From assembly GCA_964466295.1 (NCBI GenBank), contig CAYXRC010000001.1, positions 146,640-210,639 of the forward strand: a DNA stretch of 64,000 nt, read 5' to 3'. Position numbers and translations under genes: made by a program. Below the pieces are notes generated by a model. The model was not told the origin of the DNA, did not search any database, and worked only from the letters and a program-made list of their open reading frames with translations. Shown one piece after another: positions 19,517-30,320 of this stretch; within the stretch, counting starts at the first letter, position 1, and each line of letters begins with the position of its first letter. This DNA comes from an uncultured Ruminococcus sp. (GTDB lineage: Bacteria > Bacillota > Clostridia > CAKSNL01 > HGM11501).

Positions 19517-21088
19517 TTATGCAGCAACGACTTCAAGTTCATTATCGCTATCAATTTCAATGTCTTCAACATTTATAGTCGTACTTTCGAATGGTTCTTC
19601 GCCTTCAAATACAACAACTTCAGATTGTTCTTTCTGTTCGCGAAGACAAATAGCATCAATAACATCTGAACAACAAGCATATTTACCCTCGTCCGGTTCA
19701 TATGCGACAAAATGACGACCTTCCTTTGCACAGACATCAATAGCTGTACCATAACCGCCATAAACAAATACGGTATCACCAGGAAGAGAGGAATTAACAA
19801 TCAAGTGTCTCATAAATTCCGGAGACATCTTATCCTGATATAGAAGCGTCAAATCACGCTCATCCTCAAAATACTTAATCTTCGTATGACTATCGCCATA
19901 TATTTTAACTCCGCCCTTACGTAAGAAAAGCACAAATTGTGTTTTTTCGCCTTGATAAAGGGCAAGGATGTCAAATTTATAGTCCTGTTTTTTAAAATAC
20001 ATTAGCACCTCTGGAAACTGAATCATATCAAGCATTATATAAAGGTTAGGTTTTGGCTGTTTTGCGATAATTGCTTCCATAAAATCATAGTCGATATCAA
20101 GCCCTTGACCTGTAATATCAAAGTAGGACATCTTGATGCTGCCATTTTCCGTAGAGTTCAATAACTGAGCTTCATCTTGATACAAAGTATCCGCTGTATC
20201 TTCAAGAATTGTGGATGTTAAGTTGTAATCAGGACATTCAAGCAATGCAAGTTCGATTCTTCTGTTACTTACCTCGTAATACTTTTCCAACAATTCAAAT
20301 CCGATAAACTTTCTGTTAGACCTTATTGCCGCCTCAAAAGTTGTTCCGGAGCCTGCGAAAGGATCGCAGATAATTTGTCCCTCATCCGTAATTGCTTCAA
20401 TAAGTGCTTGTAATTGAGGAACAAACTTTGTTGTAGGATGATATAATTCATCATTTTTACTTACTTTCACTACCGGAGTAGTAAAGTGGTCAGTTTCGAG
20501 ATGAATTTCATCCGTAACCTCTTTTGCATAAGCCAATACAATGTACTCCATACTATTGACGACATATGTATTGGAACAGAATTTAGGACAGCAATTGCTT
20601 TTACTCCAGGTTAGAAGCTGAAACTCCATACCTTTTTCTGTGAAATATTCAATATACATTGGAATCTGTTCCTTATTACAATAGAAGATGCCCTTGAATC
20701 TGTCTTTGCCCATAACCCTTATGCATTCGTCTAAAATGCAAATGTCAAATCCATGACTTATAAATTTGATTTCAGACACATAGGCTGTATCTGTTGCTGC
20801 ACCGGCAGGTTTATCTGTTATCTTCTGGACATATGGTGGGTCAGAAATGATAGCACCATCTACGGAACCGTCTTTCATTCTTCTAAGACCGATTAAGCAA
20901 TCCATGTTATATACTCTGCCGGTCGCTATAACCTCCATCAAGTCCTGTGCTTCTCTCCAAAGTCTGTACGCCTCAATTACATTTAAATTTTTAGTTTCAT
21001 TTACATTTTTCATTTTAATCAATCCTTTCATATTTAATATAGTAAATTTGGTTTCATAAACAAAGGCTGCGGTTTTACCTTTCCGCAC
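19517..21088 (-). CDS. beta-class DNA methyltransferase (N4-C or N6-A), phage-type orphan
   Basis: DGAIISDPPY precedes CDPFAGSGTT, which is the beta-class motif order. The protein is 523 aa. Confidence 0.75.
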   Translation of the reverse strand: MRKGKTAAFVYETKFTILNMKGLIKMKNVNETKNLNVIEAYRLWREAQDLMEVIATGRVYNMDCLIGLRRMKDGSVDGAIISDPPYVQKITDKPAGAATDTAYVSEIKFISHGFDICILDECIRVMGKDRFKGIFYCNKEQIPMYIEYFTEKGMEFQLLTWSKSNCCPKFCSNTYVVNSMEYIVLAYAKEVTDEIHLETDHFTTPVVKVSKNDELYHPTTKFVPQLQALIEAITDEGQIICDPFAGSGTTFEAAIRSNRKFIGFELLEKYYEVSNRRIELALLECPDYNLTSTILEDTADTLYQDEAQLLNSTENGSIKMSYFDITGQGLDIDYDFMEAIIAKQPKPNLYIMLDMIQFPEVLMYFKKQDYKFDILALYQGEKTQFVLFLRKGGVKIYGDSHTKIKYFEDERDLTLLYQDKMSPEFMRHLIVNSSLPGDTVFVYGGYGTAIDVCAKEGRHFVAYEPDEGKYACCSDVIDAICLREQKEQSEVVVFEGEEPFESTTINVEDIEIDSDNELEVVAA

Positions 21089-21566
21089 ATAGGACTTTCA
21101 CCTTCCCGTGGTTCTCACCGGACTGCCCCCATTATGTGAGTTGTGGCTAGACAGAAGTATCATTATATTCAATATAAGGTCATCGCTCACAGTTGGTTTC
21201 TGTTTTACTGCTAAATCTTATCGCTCGCTTACATATATAATAAGGTTATGGCGGATTTGCAGTTTCGCTTTCTTATATCGTAAAGTACCTTTGCTTTTGT
21301 ATTCAATTGTCAAAGTTCAAATAGAATCTTGAGATGTTGTTGTTCTCTCAAGCTCTATAAACATTTTATCAAATTTAACATCTAAAATCAGTCCCGTTTG
21401 TTCTGTAAAAAATTATTTGTTAGAGCAAAATTAGAATTTTATAGAAAAGATAATAAAATATTAAACATTTCCAATTTTTTATTGAAAAATAATCTAAAAT
21501 GTGATATAATAGACCAAAATAAAGTACATAAAAAATGAAGTTTTTTTCAAAAAAGGGGTTGATTCC

Positions 21567-22979
21567 ATGCAGGCGAGATATTCTCCAACCATAAAACTAA
21601 GAAATATAGCAAAAGATGTTGAAAAACAACGTTTAAAGTGCGGTGTTCAATTCTTTTCAGAGCTGATGGGTCGCTCAAAATCATGGTGCTGTAATTTTTT
21701 TAATGCAGCTGCCGAGGTAAAAGGCGTTTATCCGGAAGATTTAAAAAGATTATTTACTATTGAATATAACTGTGTATTGTTTGAAAACAAAAAAGAACAG
21801 ATGGAAGATTTGTTAAAGAATGCTATAAATTCAAACATCTGTGCTACAGATGCATCTCTTGACAAGATTTTCAAAACCATAGAATTCAGAGATGAACACG
21901 GTTCATATCATAAACGTTATAGAGTTCCACAAGAAATTTTTAGTGGAGAAGAAATTCCAATTGCCGGAGATATATATGCTGGTACGAGCAAACGAGGCAC
22001 ATATATTTTTAAAGAAGAAGCGTTTATCCAGTATGATAAGTTGTTGTTTTCTGAGCTTAAAGAAAAATTTTCAACTGAAGAAATTGTAAGATTGCAAAGC
22101 AAGGAAATCAGCAATTATATTAAAATGGTTGATTTTGACGAAGACGGCAGAGCAATACCGCAATTTACTGATGATAACGAAGAGGTTGAGCGAGTTGAAA
22201 ATTATATCTCACAACGGATGAGTAGGATTCTTCATAAAGAGCCATTAAGCTGCTTATCGGATTATTGGTTGTTTGCAACTTATTACAAATATTGTAGAGT
22301 AACCATTCCTCCGACAATTCAGAATATATTAAGAAAATGGTATGGTACGGGCAAAGACAAAGAAATTAATCTGGATAATCTGTTTAACATTTTGCAGATG
22401 GAAAAAGATGAAATGAAAAAATATGATAGTGGTGAGATATATTTTTTGAATGACGTCGGAAAACCTATATCAAAAAATAATTTGCCTATTATGTATATGA
22501 AGTACGACTGGAAGAGTGATCGTGCTTTAAAGGAAAGAAAAATAGCGGATGCGAAAAAAAATAAGTTTAGTTTGATTGATCTATATATGCTTATCTATAA
22601 TAAAATGTTAAATAATGAATATACCAAACAGGAATCGTTTGTAAAAACCTGTTCGCGGCTTTTCTATAATGGTTTTGAAATTTTATTTGATAGATTAGAT
22701 ATTCTGTACTTACCAGAAGATAAATCTAACAGCATAGATAAAAAGTATATGAAATTTTTAGATGATTTTCGTAAATTATTTGCACAATATGAGGACTCAG
22801 AAAGCAATCCTGAACTTGCACTTTTTTATAAAAACTTTAATCCTAATCAATTTATGTTTTTGAGAACCATCGCCGTAGATTTTTCATTTATAGAAAAACT
22901 AAGTATGTATAATGTATTAGAGCTTAACGAACAGATATCGCAACTAGCCGATATGTATAAGAAAGAAAATCTTTTATAA
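21567..22979 (+). CDS. hypothetical protein (470 aa)
   Basis: Long ORF with AT-rich codon usage matching the element. No recognised motif. Confidence 0.45.
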   Translation: MQARYSPTIKLRNIAKDVEKQRLKCGVQFFSELMGRSKSWCCNFFNAAAEVKGVYPEDLKRLFTIEYNCVLFENKKEQMEDLLKNAINSNICATDASLDKIFKTIEFRDEHGSYHKRYRVPQEIFSGEEIPIAGDIYAGTSKRGTYIFKEEAFIQYDKLLFSELKEKFSTEEIVRLQSKEISNYIKMVDFDEDGRAIPQFTDDNEEVERVENYISQRMSRILHKEPLSCLSDYWLFATYYKYCRVTIPPTIQNILRKWYGTGKDKEINLDNLFNILQMEKDEMKKYDSGEIYFLNDVGKPISKNNLPIMYMKYDWKSDRALKERKIADAKKNKFSLIDLYMLIYNKMLNNEYTKQESFVKTCSRLFYNGFEILFDRLDILYLPEDKSNSIDKKYMKFLDDFRKLFAQYEDSESNPELALFYKNFNPNQFMFLRTIAVDFSFIEKLSMYNVLELNEQISQLADMYKKENLL

Positions 22980-23044
22980 AAAGGATTCCCCCTCTTTTCT
23001 GACAATATGAAAAATATCATATTGTTGAAAGGAGGGGCTTTTAC

Positions 23045-23392
23045 GTGGCAACAGAAGTGCAATTCTCTGTGATTTATGCCGGAGAAGAAACAAATGATAT
23101 CAACGAGTTTGATTTCTTTATCAGGATGATACCGAAGGAAGATGTGGGTTGTATAACCGTTACTGCAGTTCCGAGGTATTCTCTTGATGAGAAAAAAGTC
23201 AAGCATATAAATTTTGCTTTAACATCCGAAAAACAAATTGCCGCTTATGAGGTTATGGCTTTGTTAGCTGAACTCAAAGAGCTTGAGCATATAGTCCAGG
23301 ATGTTAATCTTTCAGCCAAAGACGCTGAATTAAGATTAAAAAACAGTATGCTTGAAAAGTTTAAGGGCTTCTATGAAGATAGAAGATGTTAA
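23045..23392 (+). CDS. hypothetical protein (115 aa, GTG start)
   Basis: ORF preceded by ggagggg. No motif. Confidence 0.35.
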   Translation: MATEVQFSVIYAGEETNDINEFDFFIRMIPKEDVGCITVTAVPRYSLDEKKVKHINFALTSEKQIAAYEVMALLAELKELEHIVQDVNLSAKDAELRLKNSMLEKFKGFYEDRRC

Positions 23393-23866
23393 AAAGTTAA
23401 AGGAGCTGAACCCTGACGGGTCAGCTCCAATTTTTATGCCGCGAATAGCGGGAGTATATTAAAATCTATAAAGTCAACAATTGGCTTAATATACATATAG
23501 TAGAAAAAATCCAAATTATTGACCGACTGTACTGTGAAATATATTGCCGTAGCAAATATCAGCAAATCGCCGATGAACCATAAGTCTTTTTTAATTTGCC
23601 TAAATGCGAACCTTATTTCTCCCATATAGCTCTCCTTTCATTTTTTCTTTATTATATCGCAAACATTTATAAAAGTCAGCGCTTTTCATACGATTCATCA
23701 TGTTGCTTTACGGTATGCTGAAATGACAATATAAAAAGCAAGTGAAAATCGCCATATTTTTGTTTCTTATAAGTTGATTTCTCTATTTTGCAGCGTTGCG
23801 AAATCAAGGACATCCTAAAGCAACGGATAACATGACAAATAATATAAATGAAAGGATGATGAACAA

Positions 23867-24466
23867 ATGACAACAAAAACTTTTGGATATTGCCGTGTAT
23901 CAAGTTCAGACCAATGCTTGGACAGACAATTAGCTCAGCTACGAGACTTCGGAATTGATGAAAGGGACATCTATGTAGATAAAAAATCCGGTAAGGATTT
24001 TGACCGTGAGCAATACCAATTAATGAAGGCTCAAATCAGGCAGATGGATACCTGCGTATTTACAAGCCTCGACAGAATGGGCAGAAGTTATCAGGACATC
24101 TTGGCGGAATGGTCTGATTTGCGTTCTAAGGGCTGCAACATCGTAGTTTTGGATATGCCGATTTTGGATACACGAAATACCGAAGGAGGTTTAACCGGAC
24201 AATTTATCTCGGATTTGTTTTTGCAAATACTTTCTTATGTTGCAGAAATAGAAAGACAAAATATTCGTGCAAGGCAACGGCAAGGAATTGAGCTTGCAAA
24301 AGCGGCTGGTAAATATAAAGGTAGAAAACAAATTCCAACTGATAATTTTCCGGAAGTCTATGAAAAAGTGAAGACAAAAGAAATCACTGCTCGCAAAGGA
24401 ATGGAAATGCTCGGAGTAAGAGCAAATACATGGTACAGGCGTGTAAAAGCATATGAGGGGCGATAA
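23867..24466 (+). CDS. small serine recombinase (resolvase/invertase family) with C-terminal HTH
   Basis: FGYCRVSSSDQCLDRQ catalytic region. The protein is 199 aa with a C-terminal HTH. Confidence 0.8.
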   Translation: MTTKTFGYCRVSSSDQCLDRQLAQLRDFGIDERDIYVDKKSGKDFDREQYQLMKAQIRQMDTCVFTSLDRMGRSYQDILAEWSDLRSKGCNIVVLDMPILDTRNTEGGLTGQFISDLFLQILSYVAEIERQNIRARQRQGIELAKAAGKYKGRKQIPTDNFPEVYEKVKTKEITARKGMEMLGVRANTWYRRVKAYEGR

Positions 24467-25010
24467 CTTCCCCTCATTTTTCATCATGATGATCCTCTGA
24501 TGATGTGAACCGGCAAAAAATTTTAAAAACAACATCTGAAACAAAATCCGGAAGAAAACCAGTTCTGATACTTATAGTATGCGGTAAATAACAATCGAAG
24601 ATCGTCTACCTGCACAGCGGTGGTACTATTAAAGTGCCATCACATTTTATTTTCCTGTCAAAAATCAAATTTGTTGATATTTCTGCATATTATACTGATT
24701 TACAATGGTTTTCTCAGTGTTTTGATTTTAAGACAAATTTATTCTATTTGATTCTCCTCCGTATATTTTATATCAATTATTTCAATATTTTTATACTATT
24801 ATAGGCGATTTTTTTATCGGGGTAAAAAGACCACACATTATAGATATACTACGGAGCATATTACCCCATAGGTGGTTTTAATAATTTGACGAATCACCAC
24901 ATCCGATGTATCATGCAAATACAATAGTAAAAAGACCCCCACATCAAAGATATATTTTTTATCTATAATAAGGGGGAACTTTTACCAAAAATAAATGAGA
25001 GGAGTTGAGA

Positions 25011-26747
25011 ATGGAATACAAAGAGTTATTCAAAAAGTTAGGCAATCCCAATCCTATATGCTTTGCTGATTACAAAATCAGAATATCAGTCGAGGACATA
25101 CCTGAATATAACAACAAATATGATATTACATTTGTTCCAAACATAGGCGGAACTACTGATGCTGATATAACAGAATTTAAAGCATTCTGGGTTGATATTG
25201 ATGCAGGCAAAGATGAAAATAATAATTACTTTTCAGGTAAAATAGTTAAAGAATTTAAGTCAAAGCAATGGGAGAAAATTTACGGGTTCGCTATACAGCC
25301 CAATATTATTACTGAAACCAGAAATGGATTTCATTTGATGTGGTTTTTGAAAGAGAAGATAAGTGTAGAGCTTTGGAGAAAAATCGAAACTGCATTAACC
25401 GAATATTTTGATGGAGACAAATCCGTTTGTTGTCCATCTAATCAGCTTAGAGTACCAGGAACTATGTGGAGAAAAGACCCTCAGCATCCATACCCTTGCA
25501 AAATCCTGAAACATAATGATAATTATACTTATATCGCATCATACTGTGATGTGCTAAATATTTCAGAATCTACAGTAACTGAAAAGAAGAACTTCAGATT
25601 CAGATACACAAAACCAACCACACCCAAAAGCAAGCCATTAGCGCCAATGGTGATAACAAACTATAAGCAAATGTTTGACTTTTTGACAAAAGGGGTTGAT
25701 ATGTTTTCATATTTGCAAGAGTTCTACGGTTTGGAGGGCAGTAATCCTCGTTCGTTTAAATGTCTTGTACATAATGATAAGCATCCGAGCGCGAGTATAT
25801 TTAAGGTTGATAGCGGAGTGGAGTTGTATTGCTGCAATGCCACAAGCTGTAATTTTAAAGGCAATATCATTCAGGTTGTTGCTATGTTAGAAGGATGTTC
25901 AAGGTCGGAAGCGATTACTAAAATTTGCAGAAATCTTAATATTGAATATACAGTAGATTCCAAATTGGAAGCACTGCTCAGAGATAATATAAATACAATA
26001 AAAGATGATATAAAAAATTCACATACAGAATTGCATAGCACCGTCTATCGCTACCTGCCGACACTAAGAGAACTGCACGAGATTGCAATAGACAATCTTG
26101 AGTATGCAAAAAATGAAAATAAGTTTTTATTCACAGCATCAATCCAGTATATTGCTCAGCAATTAGGAAGAAGAGACAAGAAGAACACAACGGCAGACAT
26201 CGGATTTTTGTGTTTGCTCAAGATGATTGAGAAGGTTGATTTAGACACGGATGCAGATGTACCGAAGGAGTATGAAAGATATATCAGAAAATTTCAGGGA
26301 GCGAAAGAGAATTATATAACAGTTTTTTCTATCCCATACTACTCACATACAGTATTAAATGAGTGTGAAGATGTTGCAAGGCAGATTAAAGCAAAAGGGC
26401 TCAGAAAGGCACATTTTTCTTATGAAACTGTCGCCAATGCCTTTGACAAAGAAACTGCAAATAGGGTATTTCCACAGATAAAAGGCAAATTAGTTAAATC
26501 AATAGATGATTTTTTGGTTCATGCTATGGAGTCCTTGCTTGAAAAAGACGGTTATTTTACTCTTAACACCATCAAGAGCTATTATGCAGATAATGGCGTA
26601 TTCTTCAAAGAAAAAACATATATAAGACAGTTGCCTGCAATAATACAGATGCTTAATCTTGAAAAGATAAAGGCATCAAAGAAAATCAAGGAACAGTACG
26701 GAATACTTTCAGCAGGCTTCCCTTATCTTTTTAGGAAAAAATCCTGA
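25011..26747 (+). CDS. primase-polymerase (Prim-Pol) domain protein with CHC2-type zinc finger; element replication initiator
   Basis: N-terminal NGFHLMWFL / RVPGT segments are Prim-Pol-like. A central Cys cluster is present (CLVHNDKHPSASI...YCCNATSCNFKG). Confidence 0.55.
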   Translation: MEYKELFKKLGNPNPICFADYKIRISVEDIPEYNNKYDITFVPNIGGTTDADITEFKAFWVDIDAGKDENNNYFSGKIVKEFKSKQWEKIYGFAIQPNIITETRNGFHLMWFLKEKISVELWRKIETALTEYFDGDKSVCCPSNQLRVPGTMWRKDPQHPYPCKILKHNDNYTYIASYCDVLNISESTVTEKKNFRFRYTKPTTPKSKPLAPMVITNYKQMFDFLTKGVDMFSYLQEFYGLEGSNPRSFKCLVHNDKHPSASIFKVDSGVELYCCNATSCNFKGNIIQVVAMLEGCSRSEAITKICRNLNIEYTVDSKLEALLRDNINTIKDDIKNSHTELHSTVYRYLPTLRELHEIAIDNLEYAKNENKFLFTASIQYIAQQLGRRDKKNTTADIGFLCLLKMIEKVDLDTDADVPKEYERYIRKFQGAKENYITVFSIPYYSHTVLNECEDVARQIKAKGLRKAHFSYETVANAFDKETANRVFPQIKGKLVKSIDDFLVHAMESLLEKDGYFTLNTIKSYYADNGVFFKEKTYIRQLPAIIQMLNLEKIKASKKIKEQYGILSAGFPYLFRKKS

Positions 26748-26904
26748 CATCTGACCAGGCCACATTCTGAATTATTTTATTATTTCACGAATTTTATGAG
26801 AAAATTATGATTTTACAGAATTTTTGTGAATAAAGGAGATTATAAAATTCCGTTCAAAATCATCATTATAAAATATTTTCACTAATGAAAGGATGTTGAT
26901 TTAT

Positions 26905-27291
26905 ATGATGACAGGAATGAATACTTACATAAGAAAATATGATATTTTCTATGTCTATTTGGGTTCAGAGAGGAACGGAAATGTGCAAAATGGAGGCTCA
27001 ACAGGGATTCGCCCCTGCATTGTTATAAATAACAAAGTTGCCTGTGCTGTAAGCCCCGTACTGTTGGTAGTTCCAATTACTTCAAGTGATGTCAAACACG
27101 CAAAAGAGCTTCCAACACATTTGGATTTGAGAGATACTTTAAAAAAGCATTCTGTTGCTATGTTTGAACAAATCCTGACTGTGAATCGGTATCAGTTAAG
27201 GAGCAAGATTGCAAATCTTTCTGAGGACTTAATTGAAGCTGCAGATGAAAAACTGAAAATATCACTTGGGCTAATTCCAGAGTATGCATGA
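26905..27291 (+). CDS. MazF/PemK-family toxin (mRNA interferase), apparently solo
   Basis: YDIFYVYLG...RPCIVINN...VVPITS is the PemK fold signature. No antitoxin ORF lies upstream. Confidence 0.6.
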   Translation: MMTGMNTYIRKYDIFYVYLGSERNGNVQNGGSTGIRPCIVINNKVACAVSPVLLVVPITSSDVKHAKELPTHLDLRDTLKKHSVAMFEQILTVNRYQLRSKIANLSEDLIEAADEKLKISLGLIPEYA

Positions 27292-27330
27292 AATCAAAAA
27301 ATAGAGCTCATTCGACTTTGAGCTCTATTT
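27291..27330 (+). terminator. Rho-independent terminator after the mazF-like gene
   Basis: aaaatagagctca ttcgacttt gagctctatttttc. Confidence 0.55.
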
Positions 27331-27827
27331 TTCTTTGTTGCGTGTTGCCACATCAAGATATTATACAAAAGACATTTTCTACGAAAGAAAGAGGGTCATT
27401 ATACTACAACTAATGCTATGCTTTTTTAACCACCACCTTTGACGAAATATATCTATATATTAACTGCTGATGCAGATTGTTTTCACTACCCGAAATGTCT
27501 TGTGTCGAGTGATTTATGAAACATCTATATTATTACTGATATAAATATAAACTCCTTTTTCTGATGATGAAAAAAGCAACGAAATTGGTAGCGGATTTGG
27601 TTGAAAAATCGAAATCCGACATCCGAACCTGCTCTGCGGTAATTTTTGCGACAAATAAAAAGCAGTCCGTTTCCAGACTGCTTAAATTTACGTTATGGCT
27701 TGATAGGAATATCAAATTTGAGGAATAAAGTTCTCGGTTAGTTATCAAATAGTATATTCCATACACTGCAATGCTCGAAAAATTACATAAAATAAAGCAC
27801 TATTCATTTTTTTATTGTCTCTTATAA

Positions 27828-29561
27828 TTATTTTGTAAGAATAACCTTTTGCATAGTGCCGTCCCAATCAACCTTAACGCCAAAGCAATCAGAAACAAAT
27901 CTTACAGGCACCAAGGTTCTTCCGTTTATTATCTTTGCCGGAACATCGAGAGTGATTGCCTCGCCGTTTTTATATGCTGTTGTATTGTTAATTGTAAGTG
28001 ACACGGTTATATCATCTTTTGTTGCGGTAACAGTCTGTGTATCGCCGTTCCACTCAACATCCGCACCGATTTTTTCAAATATAGCTCGGAGCGGAACAAG
28101 AGTTCTTCCGTTTTCGATTATCGGCTTTTGATCAAAGGCTATAAATTCACCATTATAAGAAACCGTTACATAGGGAACTTTCTTAAACCTTGCTGTCATT
28201 GCGGTGATTTTATATATGGTGGGATTTCCAAAAGATGTTGGTTCAAACTTAATTATTGTCATGATTCCATTATCCTTAAAATCAGCTACAACATAGCCTG
28301 AAGTAATCCAACTGATGCCGCGGCCATCTGACAAATAATATAAGACATTATTTACCTCATCGTATATGGCATTTGACTGTCCATAAAATGCAGAAGTTCG
28401 CTTGGTTACAAACCCCTGAATATTACGGGATGAGATAAACCATAAGTTATTATTGTCGCTCCAGTAAGCATATGCCTCTCCCAGCATATACATTTTTTGA
28501 TTAACCGCGCCCGATGTAAATCCAAAAAGATTATCCATTAAATAACCGGCATTTGCTCCTAATCTATCTGCATTTTCTTCATATTCATATATGATTTTAA
28601 CATCTTCAAAGTAATCATTAAAGTTGTCCTCATTGATTTCTATTGTAGTTGCATTATGCGGTATCATCAAAGCAGAATCTTTATAATCATATTCATACGG
28701 TTCAAATTTAATATTTCCTAAATCTGTAATATCACCGGATGCCTTAACCGTTAATCGCCTTTCTGACTCACCATATATGATTAATAAATCATATTCACCT
28801 TGTTTATATGTAAGCTCGAACATTCCGTTAAGATCGGTGGTGGCCTTAGCCAAAGGGTGGGTATTTCCAATACCATCTCTTTTATATAAAGAGATACTCG
28901 CAGTTTGAAGCGGCTTTTCTTCTCCGCAGTTCGTTGGTGAGTATCTGTTATAATAGGCAAGCTGTCCCTTTATAACAGACTTGGGAGAATTATCCTCTTG
29001 TTCCGAAGCCTGAGGCTTGTCCGCATCAGGTTTTGTATTGCTTTGCGTACTTGAAGGAGTCGTATCGGGAACCTCGGTTGTATTGACTGTATTGTTTTCA
29101 ACCGAAGTATTGTTTTCAACTGAAGCATTATCTTCGCTTACGGACGGTTTGATTTCGATGGAGTGAGAATAGGAATCCACTACATAATCACTGCTGAAAG
29201 CTGTGGCATTAACTAAAACATCTGTATCGAAATCCCTCTCAAAGCCGATTTTATACTTATATGTTCCATTGCCAAGCTCTTTAATTTTATTTACAAAAAT
29301 TTCAGTTTCAAACTTTCCGCTTGCATCAAAATATACTCCGAAATCGCCGCTAACCTTGTTTCCGTCTTTGTATAAATCAAGAAGATATTCAATTTCTTCT
29401 CCCTCAAATTCAGGAACATCAATGGTTATATACCCCGCATTTTCTGCACTCCAACCGAATTTAGTGGGAAGTGTTTGTGCCGCAAATGTAGCGGTTGTCA
29501 TTAGTCCCATAAGCATAGCAACTGTCAGTAATATGCTTATGATTTTGCTTGTCTTTTTCAT
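27828..29561 (-). CDS. secreted protein with C-terminal copper-amine-oxidase N-terminal-like (stalk) domain
   Basis: Signal peptide MKKTSKIISILLTVAMLMGLMTTATFA. The C-terminus GRTLVPLRAIFEKIGADVEWNGDTQTVTATKDDITVSLTINNTTAYKNGEAITLDVPAKIINGRTLVPVRFVSDCFGVKVDWDG is a Cu_amine_oxidN1-type repeat. Confidence 0.7.
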   Translation of the reverse strand: MKKTSKIISILLTVAMLMGLMTTATFAAQTLPTKFGWSAENAGYITIDVPEFEGEEIEYLLDLYKDGNKVSGDFGVYFDASGKFETEIFVNKIKELGNGTYKYKIGFERDFDTDVLVNATAFSSDYVVDSYSHSIEIKPSVSEDNASVENNTSVENNTVNTTEVPDTTPSSTQSNTKPDADKPQASEQEDNSPKSVIKGQLAYYNRYSPTNCGEEKPLQTASISLYKRDGIGNTHPLAKATTDLNGMFELTYKQGEYDLLIIYGESERRLTVKASGDITDLGNIKFEPYEYDYKDSALMIPHNATTIEINEDNFNDYFEDVKIIYEYEENADRLGANAGYLMDNLFGFTSGAVNQKMYMLGEAYAYWSDNNNLWFISSRNIQGFVTKRTSAFYGQSNAIYDEVNNVLYYLSDGRGISWITSGYVVADFKDNGIMTIIKFEPTSFGNPTIYKITAMTARFKKVPYVTVSYNGEFIAFDQKPIIENGRTLVPLRAIFEKIGADVEWNGDTQTVTATKDDITVSLTINNTTAYKNGEAITLDVPAKIINGRTLVPVRFVSDCFGVKVDWDGTMQKVILTK

Positions 29562-29582
29562 TATAATAAGCCCTTTCTATGT

Positions 29583-29981
29583 TTATTTTGTTGTTCTTCT
29601 TGCAATCGGAACTCCCTGTGAAATAAATGCTGTTTTCAACTTTGTTTTTACATCATTTGATACTAAATCACAATCATTCACAATCTCGAATCCTTGCGCT
29701 TGTCTTAATTGATTATTTCTGTGATGAACACCTTGCTTTGAATTAATCAGTTGTGCGAATTTTGTGTTTGTTTTTTCATACGCTGCCAAATAAGAAATAA
29801 CTGTTGCATCACTCGGATTATTAACCATAACAGAATATGCTTTCTTTTCCGCACTGAATGCTATCATTGTTTTTACCTCTTTATATGCAACAAAGATAAA
29901 AAGAACAGCAAAAGCCACCCAAATAGTCGGACCAATTACGTCCATAACATTAAAAATCATATTATTTGTTATCATAATCAT
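29583..29981 (-). CDS. small membrane-anchored hypothetical protein
   Basis: N-terminal TM helix (GPTIWVAFAVLFIFVAY). It lies between the two paralogous secreted-protein genes. Confidence 0.4.
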   Translation of the reverse strand: MIMITNNMIFNVMDVIGPTIWVAFAVLFIFVAYKEVKTMIAFSAEKKAYSVMVNNPSDATVISYLAAYEKTNTKFAQLINSKQGVHHRNNQLRQAQGFEIVNDCDLVSNDVKTKLKTAFISQGVPIARRTTK

Positions 29982-30004
29982 TTCTCTCCTTTAAATTCTT
30001 TAAT

Positions 30005-30320
30005 TTACTTTGTAAGTATAACCTTTTGCATAATGCCGTCCCAATCTACATTTACGCCAAAGCAGTCGGAAATAAATCTTACAGGAACAAGCGTTCTGCC
30101 ATTGATTATTTTTGCAGGAACATCAAGAGTGATTGCCTCACCGTTCTTGGTCGCCGTGGTGTTGTTGATTGTAAGCGATACTGTTATATCATCTTTTGTT
30201 GCGGTAACCGTCTGTGTATCACCATTCCAATTAACATCTGCACCTATTTTTTCAAATATAGCTCGGAGCGGAACAAGAGTTCTGCCTTCTTCGATTACGG
30301 GTATCTGGTCAAACTTGATT
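30005..30320. repeat. ~310-bp direct repeat (about 90% identity) with 27828..28140, encoding the shared C-terminal domain
   Basis: Reverse-frame translations of both loci give MPSQSTLTPKQSE.NLTGT.VLP.IIFAGTSRVIASPFL.AVVLLIVSDTVISSFVAVTVCVSPF. Confidence 0.75.

Noticed and set aside
26750-26904. Antitoxin partner for the MazF-like toxin
   Set aside because: The upstream region contains only 4-8 codon ORFs and the downstream region is a terminator. No convincing antitoxin was found, so the toxin is reported as solo, with uncertainty.
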